From the NCBI GenBank assembly GCA_964016885.1, contig OZ024759.1:8122001-8186000 (forward strand): a stretch of 64,000 nucleotides of DNA, in the 5' to 3' direction. Source of the DNA: Eledone cirrhosa. Its lineage: Eukaryota. Shown here piece after piece: positions 25,917 through 39,577 of the stretch; the stretch's first letter is position 1, and each line of letters starts with the position of its first letter. A program made the position numbers and the translations under genes. The notes beneath the pieces are model-generated. The model saw only the letters and a list, made by a program, of their open reading frames with translations, had not been told where the DNA came from and ran no database searches.

Positions 25917-26140
25917 CGTTTCTGAATTTGTTTAGCAAGATTCTTTATCTGAAATCGTGTGTTGAAACCGATATTGTTATACTTTGGGAGGGTCATGTTG
26001 CCAATAAGAAACACACGCACCAGTTATTTCACTTCAATTTATTATAATAAATTTATAAATTTAGGAATTTATAAATTTCCGGTTGGTTGGTTGGTTCCAC
26101 AACCAGATGGTTGTTTATATATTGTCATAGTTTATATATT

Positions 26141-26183
26141 GTCAAAGTTCTTTCGTCACACATTCTGTGACCTCTTCAGTAAC
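26141..26183 (-). ncRNA. Hammerhead copy in the inverted pLTR
   Basis: Same fold as 27078-27120. Confidence 0.68.
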
Positions 26184-26296
26184 TGGGGATTATTTTCTTT
26201 GTTTTTGTGCCTCTCCTTTGTTCTGTCCTACGCCATCTTGTTTCTGTTAAGAGTGAAAGCAGCGATTCTTTGCTTAAACTTTAATTTGTTATTTTA

Positions 26297-26344
<48 letters not shown>

Positions 26345-27077
26345 ATAAGCATATTTCATCATTCATCATCGATACAACCCCTAGAGGTGAATTAGCTTAC
26401 AAATTTAGAAGGGCCCTAGATAAACATAGACTCAATATTAAGATAGTAGAAAGACCAGATACCTCCATAAAAACACTTATTAGCAAGACCTCCCTGTATA
26501 GATAAGAAATGTATAACCTGTAAATTAAGCCCCCATATTAACTGTAAAACTAGAAATGTAGTATATAGCATAAGATGTACTGAAGGACAATGTAGAGACA
26601 AAAATATAGTGTACATAGGTGAGACAGCTCGTAGTATAGGGGAACAGATAAATGAACACTGGCGAGACCTTCAAAATAGTAAAGAATCATCTGTACTCTA
26701 CCAACATGCTAAAATAGAACACAAGGGTAAATTAGAGAACATAGAAATAAAAATAGAATCTACACACAGAAAAGACGCAATGTTTAGACAAATCACAGAG
26801 GCAATAAACATAAAAGAATTACAACCAAAATTAAATAGAAAACATGAGTGGAACAGCAACATCACAACTTACAATTAAGGACAAAATGAAAACACACACA
26901 CACATAGAACAAACAACCAACCTGTAACATGTAAATAAACAAATAAATAAACGAATATAAACACACACAGACACCCGGATGTGGCGCATGCGCAGACTGA
27001 GCACACAACACACACAGAAACAAGATGGCGTAGGACAGAACAAAGGAGAGGCACAAAAACAAAGAAAAGAATCCCCA

Positions 27078-27120
27078 GTCACTGAAGAGGTCACAGAATG
27101 TGTGACGAAAGAACTTTGAC
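27078..27120 (+). ncRNA. Minimal type I hammerhead in the Penelope pLTR
   Basis: gtca-CTGAAGA-G-GTCACA/TGTGAC-GAAA-GAACTT-tgac, ~200 nt after the GIY-YIG stop codon. Confidence 0.75.
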
Positions 27121-27363
27121 AATATATAAACTTTGACAATATATAAACAACCATCTGGTTGTGGAACCAACCAACCAACCGGAAATTTATAAATTCCTAA
27201 ATTTATAAATTTAATATATAATAAATTGAAGTGAAAGCAACTGGTGCGTGTGTTTCTTATTGGCAACATGACCCTCCCAAAGTATAACAATATCGGTTTC
27301 AACACACGTTTTCAGATAAAGAATCTTGCTAAATAAATTCAGAAACGAAATATATATATATAT

Positions 27364-27556
27364 AGTTTTAATATAGATGAGATTCTACAGGACTAGAACG
27401 GTTTCATTCTTTAGAAATCATCAGGAATCCTGATGATTTCTAAAGAATGAAACAGTTCTAGTCCTGTAGAATCTCATCTATATTAAAACTTTTATACTCT
27501 GCTATGTATTGAGTACCTTACTTACTGTGGTTACCTCCGATTCAACCCGGAATAAC

Positions 27557-27558
<2 letters not shown>
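27364..27558. mobile_element. Palindromic element with back-to-back hammerhead cores (centre 27427)
   Basis: TCATCAGGAATCCTGATGA centre; CTGATGA-tTTC taaa GAAt-GAAAC...GTA-gaatc on both strands. Confidence 0.72.
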
Positions 27559-27601
<43 letters not shown>

Positions 27602-27606
<5 letters not shown>

Positions 27607-27810
27607 TAAAATAACAGATTAAAGTTTAAGCAAAGAATCGCTGCTTTCACCCTTAACGGGATCTTCTGATTGAAGCAGCGATTCTTTGCTTAAACTTTAA
27701 TCTGTTATTTTAATAAATATTTGCTCTACGGTTCTTATATATTTGATATATATTTATCCTTATGGAGCCCTCTTTGGATTTTAGTCTTCAAATTTATTAT
27801 TTTTATTATA
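27602..27810. mobile_element. Family C fold-back element with a CAGAAGA variant core
   Basis: Arms 27602-27646 and 27672-27718; loop on minus strand reads CAGAAGA-TCCC gttaa GGGT-GAAA. Confidence 0.65.
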
Positions 27811-27880
27811 TATATATATTTATATATATATCACATAAGAAACAGAGAATCAGTGGTGCGACGAATTAAAATTTATTAGA

Positions 27881-27971
27881 CATATTACAATCGTTTCTCT
27901 GGCGACTAGCTCGAGGCACGATCGATGTGATGATTGAACCTGACTCTGAAATCGCAAGATCCTCAGATACG
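27881..27971 (-). ncRNA. Type I hammerhead fold with a large loop 2
   Basis: cgtat-CTGAGGA-TCTTGCGA...TCGCCAGA-GAAAC-GATT-GTA-atatg. Confidence 0.72.
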
Positions 27972-29016
27972 TCTTGATCTTTCGAAGCAGAGTTTCCAAA
28001 TGTCCAGTTAATCCCGCCAGACTTCACTCGCCAGTTTCTATCCTGTTCTCGTCGGTCGATGAGTGGTCAAGAATTGTACACGTCATTGGTACTTCTGACC
28101 ACTCATGGCCGTCCATTTTTCTTGTTCCATTCATATGTCACCTGTCAACCAAAGTTAGTCCTTTTAGCGGAATTACTGCTGTAGGGGGTAAGGGGCTGTA
28201 TGAGTGAAACGCCCGCACACTGCTGCAGCCATCTCTGCCTGTAGACACCCACATACGTATCCATGTTTCACGCAGGCGTGATACATATGGGCACGTATAC
28301 ACACACAACAATCATACACACCTGCAACTGTATTATATACAAAAATCACAGTAAATATTAAATGTGCAGCGAATGCTTAGAAAAAATTGTTTTAAAACTT
28401 AGAAAAACTGTCTGTAAATATACTTGGAGAGATGCCTATATCAGTAAAAATTATACACATACATATATATCTCTATACACATATATACACACACACACAC
28501 ATAGAGGCGTATAGATACAGTGCCTACTGAAGGGTACAATGAATACGTAGTAAATGCGCAGAAACTATATAAAGACATTTAAAAAACACTTTAAAAAAAC
28601 CCTTAGAAAAACCCTCAAAAAAACCCTTGGAAAAACATTCTAGAAAAATTTCAGAAAAACACATCTTAAAAAAATACCTTAAAAACCATTTAAAAAAATG
28701 TTTAAAAGAGCCTCTCAAAAAATGATTTCAAAAGTATTTCTAACAAATATACATACATACAATATACATACATACAAATATACACACACAGTACTCAGGA
28801 AAGCATATATACTTAAAAGACACATATACTTGAAAAATCCATATGCATGCATATATACACATGAAAAAACGGAAAATCTACATATACATATACCAACTAG
28901 AAATTGATTGACATATATATATTCAAAATAAACACATGAAACAATCACAATTAAATTCATTTGGGATATATACATATACCTACACAGACATATACATATA
29001 TATGTATATATATATA

Positions 29017-30616
29017 CAGTGCCCCACAAAAGTTTACAACACATTAGGAAAAATGCAGTTTTAGGTATTTTTAATAAAGTTAGGGTAATGAAAATTTAAC
29101 TACTGATAGAACATATAATGAGGCATTTAATGATATAATCATACTTTTTTTAAAATAACAAGGAAATAACTCATGAAGAAAAATCAATATTTTTATAACG
29201 CAAAAGTTTACAACACATTTTCTATTTATCGCTTTTTTTCAAGAAAATTCTTAAATTTTCAGATTTAAAATTCAGTAGAATGTTCTAGATTAGGTTTAAG
29301 GTAACTTCTAAGGACTATTAAAAACATTACGTCATTATTTGTCTGACAACCATCCTGTAAACATTGACAACCATCCTGTAAACATTGACAATATGGGGAA
29401 AAATAAACTGATTGATCAAGACCTCCGTAAAAGCATTGTAGACCTTCATACACATGGTGTTGGTTATAGAAAGATAACTTGTCAGTTAAATGTGCCATTG
29501 AGTTCAGTTGGTACAATAATTCGTCACTGGAAATCTCATCATTCCATCTGTCCTCTAATTAGTTCTGGTCGTCCTAGAAAGATAACGGAACGTGCAGCTC
29601 GGTTATTGATGAGAAAGGTTGGCAACGAACCCCGGTGTACTCTTAAAAATCTTCAGGATAACCTAGAAGAAAGTGGAGTAAAAGTGAGCACAGATACAAT
29701 TAGTCGTTCACTTCGTCGATATAATATCTTCTCGAGGTCTCCAAGGAAAACACCACTTCTTACGAGGAAACACGTTCTTTGTCGATTAAACTTTGCAAAT
29801 GAGCATCTCATCAAACCTGCGTCATTTTGGGAAGATGTACTTTGGTCGGACGAAACAAAAATTGAACTTTCTGGTCGAAATGCTGTGGCAAAAGTCTGGA
29901 GAAAGAAAGGTACTGAATATTCGCCAAAGAATACTATTCCAACTGTAAAATTTGGAGGTGGATCAATCATGGTTTGGGGTTGCTTTAGTGCCACAGGTGT
30001 AGGAAATATTGAAATAATAGAAGGAAGAATGGGTGGCACTTATTATAGAGGTATTTTGCAAAGGAATTTACATCAAAGTGCACATTCTCTCAGCTTAAAG
30101 CCAGGTTGGTTTTTTCAACAAGTTAACGATCCAAAGCATACTGCAAAGCTAACACAATCTTGGTTAAGTACGAATGGAATAAATGTTCTAAAATGGCCAA
30201 GTCAGTCTCCAGATCTTAACCCGATCGAAAATTTGTGGAGAGAATTCAAAAAAGGAAACCCCAAAATATCCCTGAACTAAAGAAAATTTGTTGTGAAGAA
30301 TGGAAAAATATTAGCCAAGAAACATGCAAGAAGTTTGTAGGAGGCAACTCCAAACGCCTACAGGCTGTAATTAGCAACAAAGGTTACGCTACGAAATATT
30401 AAGAGATGATTTAATAAATGTGTTGTAAACTTTTGCGTTATAAAAATATTGATTTTTCTTCATGAGTTATTTCCTTGTTATTTTTTTAAAAATATGATTG
30501 TATCATTAAATGCCTCATTATATGTTCTATCAGTAGTTAAATTTTCATTACCCTAACTTTATTAAAAATACCTAAAACTACACTTTTCCTAATGTGTTGT
30601 AAACTTTTGCGGGGCA

Positions 30617-30619
<3 letters not shown>
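29017..30619 (+). mobile_element. Tc1/mariner DNA transposon, IR/DR type, full length
   Basis: ~200-bp TIRs starting CAGTGCCCC, each with two CAAAAGTTTACAACACATT direct repeats; flanked by TA. Confidence 0.95.
29393..30402 (+). pseudogene. Tc1 DD34E transposase, disabled
   Basis: HTH region, GRPRK, WSDETK, VWGCF, SPDLNPIENLW; QVNDPKH in place of QDNDPKH; frameshift near 30255 before the ...GYATKY* end. Confidence 0.9.
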
Positions 30620-30685
<66 letters not shown>

Positions 30686-31554
30686 TATACCCACGCATAC
30701 GCATGCACATGGGTATGTATATACATCTTAAAAAACACATACTTGATGAATACCTACATATCTACACACACACGCAAATGTGCACAGGACGCATAAAACA
30801 TTATATGAAAAAACCTTTGTGAGACGTGGAATCCAATACAATGCCCGAAAGTGCATAATATGGATAAATGTAAGAATTACGTAGCAGCCACGTACTAAAG
30901 ACAGATAACATGGGGGGCACATATATGAATGCGTGTACATATATAAAATAAAATACGTGAAAAAGATGCAAAGAAGGTCTCTGTTCAAGCCACCAGGACA
31001 TTAGTGGGATGTGCATAAAGTTACATAAAATACTTAAAGACTGTGATGCATAGAGTTACATAAGATACAGAAGAACTAATGATCCAAGGGACTGGGTAAG
31101 AACCTGCACATCAACCATGCACATGAGACAAGTTTCATGACTGGTGGACACAGGGGACCGTCTAGGTATACACACACAAATTATATATATCGGGAATGTG
31201 TAGAATATCCTTTTCATAACAGTATATATGAAATGTACATGGAATGGATGCATAAATGGAATATACCAATGGCTTGTGTTGTAGGCATGTATATGACAAC
31301 GGCAACCAAAGTTAGAATTAATCTCAACATTAACCTTAAATCCAACATCAAGTTCAACATTAAAAATGCAAATTAAAAAATTAAAAATTAAAAATTAAAA
31401 ATTCAAATTCAAAACCACAGATAAGGTTGGATCTGCCGTTGATTTCTGCTGGGCATTCATTGGTATGCTGTCGCATGTTGTGGTCCGCTGTGGGCGCCCC
31501 AACTGTCATCGTCGGACCGGTAGGGCCTTAGTTAGACCCATCTTGTATCACTAA

Positions 31555-31832
31555 TGCGGAGAGTGTGCATTTACGATGGTGTCTGCAGGCCATGATGATT
31601 TCAGATTTGAGGTTGACTGTGTCACCCTTTAGTTATACCATCTCCATAGCCTCGGACAGGCACAACCTGCACCTCACCTCGCCAGCCGAATACGCAATCA
31701 TGCGCTGGACAATACTCCAGCTGAGGTCAAACGCCATGCCACTGACTTTGAGGTCCTATATTAGGTCCGCCAGTCGGGTGGAGTGTCTCTTGTTCCTGTC
31801 CTTGAACGAGTTCTTGTGGTTGTACATTCTAG
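31555..31832 (-). mobile_element. Penelope-like GIY-YIG C-terminal fragment
   Basis: Hand translation RMYNHKNSF...STRLADLI*DLK...WSIV...CRLCLSE...NLKSEIIMACRH parallels the 62655-63478 ORF end. Confidence 0.75.
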
Positions 31833-31849
31833 ATTTAAATTATATATAT

Positions 31850-33225
31850 ATTATACAGCACCACACCCAACTTTGCACAAAACATCACCTCCTCAGACAT
31901 CAAGAAACTCAGTCCCTATGGAAGAAACAACCTAGACATCAGTAGAGAGCCGACCAGGAGGTGTAACTGCCCTGATAGATCTACGTGCCCCCTCAACAAC
32001 AGATGCCGAGAACGTAATGTGATCTACCAATGCAACGTGAGGACAGAAATCTCCAACAAAGCCTATATAGGATGTGACTTTAAGACCCGGCTTTACCAAC
32101 ACCGACATACGCTCAGAAACCCGGCCCAGCGACATGCCACTACACTTTCAGGCCATATCTGGGACCTCCAAGATAATAACACCACATACCTATCTTACTT
32201 TGAGCTTACTGTCCAGGGCTAACCCCTACACGGGAGGATGACGTCCGTGTAACTTATGCTCGGAGGAAACAATACAAATGCTGTTTACGAAGGACCAACT
32301 CCTAAACAAAAAAGACGAACTTGTAACTGCATGTAAACACTGATTGCGTAGGACTTACCTCGCCTTCAAATCCCCTCATGACCCGGGTGGGTAGATAATG
32401 GCTGCAACATCCTTCTTTTCCCCACTTGCCGAACAAGATAGGGGAAACCCCTGCATACATAGGTAGATGTAGTTCTTTTCTTTTCCTTTTTCTTTTCTTC
32501 TTCCCTTTATCCCTTCCTATCACTTCTTTCCACTCCCTCACCTCTTTCTTTTCCTCTTTCGCCTACCCCAAGGCAGCCCATCGGGCTTTTGTAGCCTCAA
32601 TACCCCCACACCAGTAAACTATATATAGCACTTGCCGAAAACGCAATACCAACTAAATATAGCAGCTGCTTTTGACTCTAGAATATTTTATTACTTTTTA
32701 CTATTTAATTTTATTATTTTTATATATATATTTTTATTTATTTATTAAATTCTCGATTTATTAACCAATTCTATTACATTCCACCCCTCTAATTCCTCCA
32801 GAATCCTTTGTCGCCTGCTTCCTAACTAGCCTATTCTCACACACACTCCTTAGAATTTGCTGTATAGAATTCACTTATAAAGCTTGACCAGCTCCACCAA
32901 TCCCTCATTGGGTGGAGCTGGTCATGTTAGTTCAGCCAACCCCACCTCCCACCCACTGCCATGAAAGATTTAATTGTGTTTACAAGAAATTTTGACTAAT
33001 CCTTTTAACAACTACAATCTTCCCATATAAGGAGTTACCCCTTGCAAAGTTTGGCTATAAATTCTAATTTAGTCCAGAAATAGCCTTCAAAACGGCTTGA
33101 GCTCTGACGTCGAGGTTGAACTTGTTGAGGTTGAACTTTTTCCTATTACCCACTCTACTACCCTAAGTATTCAGTACTCTGGTGCATTATGGTCCATCTG
33201 GTTCCTTACCACACTTCCTTCATTA
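31850..33225 (+). mobile_element. Penelope-like GIY-YIG fragment with 3' UTR ending in a family B pLTR
   Basis: CNC...CPL...C...NVIYQC...YIG..FKTRLYQH; CNLCSEE; LNKKDELVTACKH; family B tail at 33040-33225. Confidence 0.8.
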
Positions 33226-33242
33226 TATATATATTATATATA

Positions 33243-33299
<57 letters not shown>

Positions 33300-34533
33300 G
33301 ATGATGATATATATATATATATATTATATATAATATATTATATATATATATAATTTATTAATGTATTTTTATCAATGTATTCTTTATATTTGTATTTTAT
33401 CTTTGTATGCTGCTTTTATTTTTTTTTTCTAACTTTTCCTTACTCAGGTCATTATGCACCTTTCATAGCCCCCTACCCACCTAAGAACCACACTACTTAT
33501 AACCCGGACTAACTGGGACTTTAAAATAATTATGGTCTATTTGCACTTTTCATTGGGTTGCTACCTTCGACTTATGTGGTGGCTTTTTCCCGGCTGCGCG
33601 CTGGGCACTCGGAAAGTTCAGCCTTCCTTGAGTGCTCTGAAAAATTAATTTCCCCTCTTTCGGTAAACAAAATTACTCGGAGTGGCTTGCTTTGCCCCGG
33701 TCCCACCGCGCCGCCTGTTTTGACCGCCATATTATACTTGTACCTATAAACTCCAGGTTTAAGCATAACTATTATTAGCTGTATCACACCTCTACTGTCA
33801 CGTAAATAAAACCCTCATGTGTGAATTAATAATATTCGTTTGCTATAGACGATGGTCTGTCGAAATTGTAGACTTCCTGCCAGCGCCCCCAGGGCCTAAA
33901 GTAGCTACGTTCCTAGAGTACTCAGAAAAATGAATTTCCATTTCTTTCGCTGGACGGTACCACTCGAAACTGGCTGACTCATGGTTAGGGGGTGCTGGCT
34001 GGAACTCACAATCAAAATCTTTACTCTATATCCCATCTTGATATCTTATCGAGATTAATTTTTTCATATAAGACTCTCTCCGTAAGTTCCTTAAATAAAT
34101 CTCGCTACCTTAACCTTTAATTTTCTAATAATTTATTTTTCAATTTATCATTTTGCAATTTAATATTTTTTAATTTAATTTAATTTCGTCCTATAACTCG
34201 TTACATAAGTTTAATGTCCCAATTTTTGGTTCACACATTAGACCATACAGACACCCATTATATATGCCTTTCTTAAATATAGATTCTTTGGAGTAGCATT
34301 TTTTGCGGCATTTTCTAGCATGAATGTAGTGTGACTTTTTTCTTCTTTCTTTCTTCCCCTTTTTCTTTGACGGAGAGATGGTAGTTACCAGATGGCCATT
34401 AGTAGATTCAGTTGCCATCACTTTGAGGGCGACTGGCCGAGGTGAAGGCAGCTAGTTGGTCAGTCGTCCTCTTTGTCTCTGTCTCTGATTTTTCGGACCC
34501 ATGGTTTTTTACATATTCCTTTGTTATATTCCA

Positions 34534-34591
34534 ATACCTGATGATGTCACCGGATTCATATGGAACCCGGTCATTGAAATGATCATAGTAT
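34534..34591 (+). ncRNA. Type I hammerhead fold
   Basis: atac-CTGATGA-TGTCACCGG...CCGGTCATT-GAAA-TGATCA-TA-gtat, then AATAAA. Confidence 0.75.
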
Positions 34592-34634
34592 AATAAACCT
34601 TTCAAGGATTTACACCAGACCAGCCTCCTGTTAT

Positions 34635-34676
<42 letters not shown>

Positions 34677-34756
34677 TATAATATATTATATATATATATA
34701 TATAATATATTATATATATATATATATAATATATTATATATATATATATATATATA

Positions 34757-34794
<38 letters not shown>

Positions 34795-34816
34795 TATATA
34801 TATATATATATATATA

Positions 34817-35205
34817 TCATCATCATCATCATCATCATCATCGTTTAACATCCGTGTTCCACGCTTGCATGGAGGGTTTTCCCACTTGAGGCAAGAGTGG
34901 TTATCTTGCTCGCATAGGACTATCTGGTGGGTTTTCTACAGCTGGATGCCCTTCCTAACACCAACCACATTTACAGTGTCGGGCTGGGAGGTTTTTACCG
35001 TGTTGCCTACACGGCCACATTACAGCGTGGACTGTGTGTTTTTTTTTCGTGACACCTACACGACCTCATTTGTTTTGGCATGGATGTTGTGGCACCAACA
35101 TAACTTTACATTGAAAGGGGCGGTGTGGATGGGGTGGGGGTGGTGGGACGGGGGTGTATTTTGTTAGAGATGCCTACTGACTGTAGTAGGTTTTACTTTG
35201 TATTT

Positions 35206-35210
<5 letters not shown>
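34817..35210 (-). mobile_element. RTE 3' UTR fragment
   Basis: Homologous to 14530-14908. Confidence 0.85.
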
Positions 35211-35251
<41 letters not shown>

Positions 35252-35517
35252 GGAAAAAATGAAACGAAATTTCATTTCCCACTCTTAGTACGGCTGTTAC
35301 TTAAATATAAGTATGTACACGTACATACATATATGTATACAAACATACAGTAGTATGTATATATATATATATACATACATGCACACACATATATATGTAC
35401 GTATGGATTCACCGAACATTTATTATAATGCTCGGTGTGTTTGTAAACAAACATCCCGTATTAAGCCGTAGTGTCTAGCAACCATCGTTGCTCGTTTGTT
35501 CAACACTGACAAAGGAA

Positions 35518-35558
35518 CGCTGTACTAGTTTCAAGCTTATTAGCTATCGTCAGCAACG
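35518..35558 (-). ncRNA. Minimal type I hammerhead
   Basis: cgttg-CTGACGA-tAGC taataa GCTt-GAAAC-TA-GTA-cagcg. Confidence 0.72.
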
Positions 35559-35732
35559 TATACCTTCCTGCCAGATTGTTGAACGTATATACTTTCCTTA
35601 TGCATGTTAACGGCTGAGTAGCCCAATTTGCATATCAAGTGGGTTAATCGGCCGGGTGCAAATCAATAAATAAAGTTATACAATAGATTATAAGCACTCA
35701 ACAGCGAGGTTTTCTGGAGTTATTAATATTAC

Positions 35733-36048
35733 TTCAAGATATTAATAAATATAGACATTCATGTGGTCAAATATATTTTATTATACATATTTCAGAGGCA
35801 CTGAGCTGTTTCATCAGTATGTCCTCATCAGATAAAATAAGTTGATGTCTGACATACCTCAACTGTGCTGATGGTTCAATTCCAGTCTTGGCAGTCAGAA
35901 TTGAACCATCAGCACAGTTGAGGTATGTCAGACATCAATTTATTTTATCTGATGAGGACGTACTGAGGAAACAGCTCAGTACCTCTGAAATATATATAAT
36001 AAAATATATTTGATCACATGAATGTCTATATTTATTAATATTTTGAAG
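35733..36048. mobile_element. Palindromic element with a hammerhead in each arm (35774-35839 -, 35941-36006 +)
   Basis: tattttat-CTGATGA-GGACGTACTGAG/CTCAGTACCTCT-GAAA-TATATA-TA-ataaaata. Confidence 0.8.
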
Positions 36049-36090
<42 letters not shown>

Positions 36091-36249
36091 TATATATAAT
36101 ATATATATAATATATATATATAATATAAATATATATATATAATATATATATATATACATATATATAATATATATATATATATAATATATATATATATAAT
36201 ATATATATATATAATATATATATATATAATATAAATATATATATAATAT

Positions 36250-36602
36250 ATCATCATCATCATCATCAGCATCTCATTTTACGTCTGCTTTTTCCCTGCT
36301 TGCAAGGGTGGGACGGGAACTGATTCTGGCTTGATTTCTACAGCTGGATGCCCTTCCTAACACCAACCTCATTTACAGTGAGTGCTGGGTGCTTTTTTGC
36401 CGTGGCACCTCCACGACCACTTTGCAGTGGAATGATAGGGACCCCAGTCCCTATCATCTCATTTCTACAGCTGAGTAAACTGGAGCAATGTGAAATAAAG
36501 TGTCTTGCTCAAGGAAACAACACATCACCCGCTCTGGGAATTGAACTCACAACCTTTCGATTGCAAGGCCAATGCTCTAACCACAAAGCCATGTGCCTCC
36601 AT
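36250..36602 (-). mobile_element. tRNA-derived SINE with RTE tail
   Basis: Same family as 11648-11990. Confidence 0.85.
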
Positions 36603-36768
36603 ATATATATATGTAAGAATATTTTCGAAACAGCGAGTGGATTTGAAATTATTAGAAATGTTAGCTATCGCCGTATTTTGACTAAAGAAATTAAAGAAAT
36701 TATTTAGCCTGATAGTGGGGTTAAGAACCCTCGGAGAAATGGAAAAAGATGAGTATTGATGTATATAT

Positions 36769-37130
36769 AACAAAATACACCCCGTCCCACCACCCCCACC
36801 CCCACCCCATCCACACCACCCCGTTCTATGTAAAGTTATGTTGGTGCCGCGCCATCCAGGCCGAAACAAATGAGATCATGTAGGTGTCACGACAAAAAAA
36901 CACACAGTCCACGCTGTAATGTGGCCGTGTAGGCAACACGGTAAAAACCTCCCAGACCCACACTGTAAATGTGGTTGGTGTTAGGAAGGGCATCCAACTG
37001 TAGAAAACCTGCCAGACAGTCCTATGCGAGCAAGACAATCACTCTTGCCTCAAGTGGGACTACTCCCGTCCAAACCCATGCAAGCGTGGAACACGGACGT
37101 TAAACGTTGATGATGATGATGATGATGATA
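36769..37130 (+). mobile_element. RTE 3' end with probable target-site duplication
   Basis: AAAGATGAGTATTGAYGTATATAT near 36745 and 37137. Confidence 0.85.
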
Positions 37131-37153
37131 TAGATAAAAGATGAGTATTGACG

Positions 37154-37188
<35 letters not shown>

Positions 37189-37199
37189 TATATATATAT

Positions 37200-37386
37200 A
37201 ATTGTTTCTACTTTAGGCACAAGGCCAGCAATTACCAGTGCATTACTGGTACTTTATTTTATCGACCCCGTAAGGATGAAAGGCAAAGTCAACCTCGGCG
37301 GGATTTGAACTCAGATGGTAAAGGGACGTAACTATGCTGGAAAGCATGGCGTCCGACCCTCTACCGATACTGCCAATCCACCGCCC
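37200..37386 (-). mobile_element. Meta-like SINE
   Basis: Family match. Confidence 0.82.
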
Positions 37387-37409
37387 TATATATATATATA
37401 TAATATATA

Positions 37410-37600
37410 GTAATAATATTATATTTGAAGACTAAAATCCAAAGAGGGCTCCATAAGGATAAATATATATCAAATATATAAGAACCGTAGAGCAAATATT
37501 TATTAAAATAACAAATTAAAGTTTAAGCAAAGAATCGCTGCTTTCACTCTTAACGCGATCTTCTGAAACTCAGTTTCAGAAGATCTCGTTAAGGGGTCCT
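37410..37600 (-). mobile_element. Family C element with a terminal hairpin
   Basis: CTTAACGCGATCTTCTGAAACT/AGTTTCAGAAGATCTCGTTAAG. Confidence 0.68.
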
Positions 37601-37644
37601 ACTCGTTCCTATATAATATATATATATATATATAATATATATAT

Positions 37645-37694
<50 letters not shown>

Positions 37695-37909
37695 TATAAT
37701 ATATATATAATATATAATATATATAAGCAAAGAGATATTCAATTTGTTGGTAATTCAACAAATATAAATGTTTATAACTGATTCAGAGCACTCAACAGTT
37801 TTCTGGAGTATAATACACAATGATATTAAATAAATGGAAACTATATTTATAAAACCATATTTATTCTATTATATATATTTCAAGGGTACCAAAACTTTGG
37901 TACGCTCCG

Positions 37910-37970
37910 TATTTTATCTGATGAGAGCGTACCAAAGTTTTGGTACCCTTGAAATATATATAATAGAATA
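37910..37970 (+). ncRNA. Type I hammerhead inside palindrome 37826-38008
   Basis: tattttat-CTGATGA-GAGCGTACCAAA/TTTGGTACCCTT-GAAA-TATATA-TA-atagaata. Confidence 0.78.
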
Positions 37971-38086
37971 AATATGGTTTTATAAATATAGTTTCCATTT
38001 ATTTAATATTGTATATAATATATATATATATAATATATATATATATAATATATATATATAATATATATATATATATAATATATATA

Positions 38087-38131
<45 letters not shown>

Positions 38132-38139
<8 letters not shown>

Positions 38140-38656
38140 TGAGGATGTCTGTCTGTGTGTGTGTGAGTTTGAATCCCTAAAACTCGAGAACCACCCAACC
38201 GACTGTTGTCAAACTTTACACATATAATACTTATGGGACCGCATTGGGCGATTTAGTGATCTCTCTCTATAATTCTTAGTCTTTCTCTTTTTAGATAGAT
38301 ACATACATATAACGTCGCGCCCTTATAATATCTGTCTGCATGTCTGGCTGTCTGCATTACGTCACTTCCCACAATTCCCTCTGCATCCAGACCGCGCCCT
38401 TATAATATCTATCTGTATGTCTGGCTGTCTGCTGCCTCCGGTTATTCTGCCACCCTTGCTCAAGACAAATCTCACACTCATTCCCCAAACAGTTGGTAAG
38501 TGCACACAACTTCTTCCTCACGTTTTAAGCCACAGTGTTGCTTACTTACGTACCACCAGACCCTTACTTCTTTGCCAGCCGTGGTTGTGGCAATACTAAG
38601 CTTAGCTAAGGTGGTTATATATTTCACAATACCTTATCCTGGGTACCACTGCTAGT
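38132..38656 (+). mobile_element. Non-autonomous Helitron-like element
   Basis: 5' TATAAAACTG..(GTCT/GT)n start, 3' ...CTAGT end; internal segment shared in reverse with 40920-41000. Confidence 0.55.
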
Positions 38657-38738
38657 ATAAATATATATATATATTTCGTTTCTGAATTTGTTTAGCAAAA
38701 TTCTTTATCTTATTGGCAACATGACCTTCCCAAAGCAT

Positions 38739-38819
<81 letters not shown>

Positions 38820-38820
<1 letters not shown>

Positions 38821-39400
38821 CCACATAGCTTAGTGGTTAGAGCATTGAGCTGGAAATCGAAAGGTTGTGATTCTCTGACCAGGTGATGTGTTGTTTCCTT
38901 GAGCAAGACACTTTATTTCACATTGCTCCAGTTTACTCAGCTGTAGAAATGAGATGATAGGGACTGGGGTCCCTATCATTCCACTGTAAAGTGGTCGTGA
39001 TGGCTGGAGAGAAATGAAGCAAGTATGCTCTGTTGCATGTGCAATGTCAATGTGTCTGAACGACCAAGCATGGACGAGTTGAGAAAGAAACTGGGTATAA
39101 GATGGATAAGTTATGGTGTTCAGGAGAAAAGGCTGAGATGGTATGGACATGTGATGCGCATGGAGGATGACCACTGGGTAAAGAAGTGGCAGGAAATCCC
39201 AGTAGAAGGAAGACGCAGAAAAGGTAGACCACGTAAAACATAGGCAGAGGTGGTGAGAGCAGACCTCAGATTGCTGAAACTCATGGTGGAGATGACGAAG
39301 GACCGTGACTAGTGGAGAGATGCTGTGCTGAATAGGACCCGTCCAACCCTTACAAGCAGGGAGAAGCGGACGTAAAATGATGATGATGATGGTGATGATG
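38820..39400 (+). mobile_element. SINE head joined to an RTE 3' fragment
   Basis: SINE A box and core to ~39000, then RLRWYGHVMRM...GRPRKT and (TGA)n. Confidence 0.75.
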
Positions 39401-39577
39401 ATATATATATATTTTATATTATATATATATATTATATATAAATATATATATATATTATATATATATATTATATATTATATATATATTATATATACATATG
39501 TATATATATTATATATTATATATATACATATATATACTATATATTATATATACACATATATATATATTATATATATA

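Larger units (their letters stand above)
25915..27350 (+). mobile_element. 5'-truncated Penelope copy (GIY-YIG C-terminus plus pLTR, 26350-27350) preceded by an inverted pLTR (25915-26245)
   Basis: YIGETARSIGEQINEH...ITEAINIKELQPKLN, near-identical to 16355-17280; terminal sequences are inverted. Confidence 0.9.

Noticed and set aside
32886-32925. Strong hairpin TGACCAGCTCCACC/GGTGGAGCTGGTCA as a pre-miRNA
   Set aside because: Too short and lies in a Penelope 3' UTR; no expression evidence
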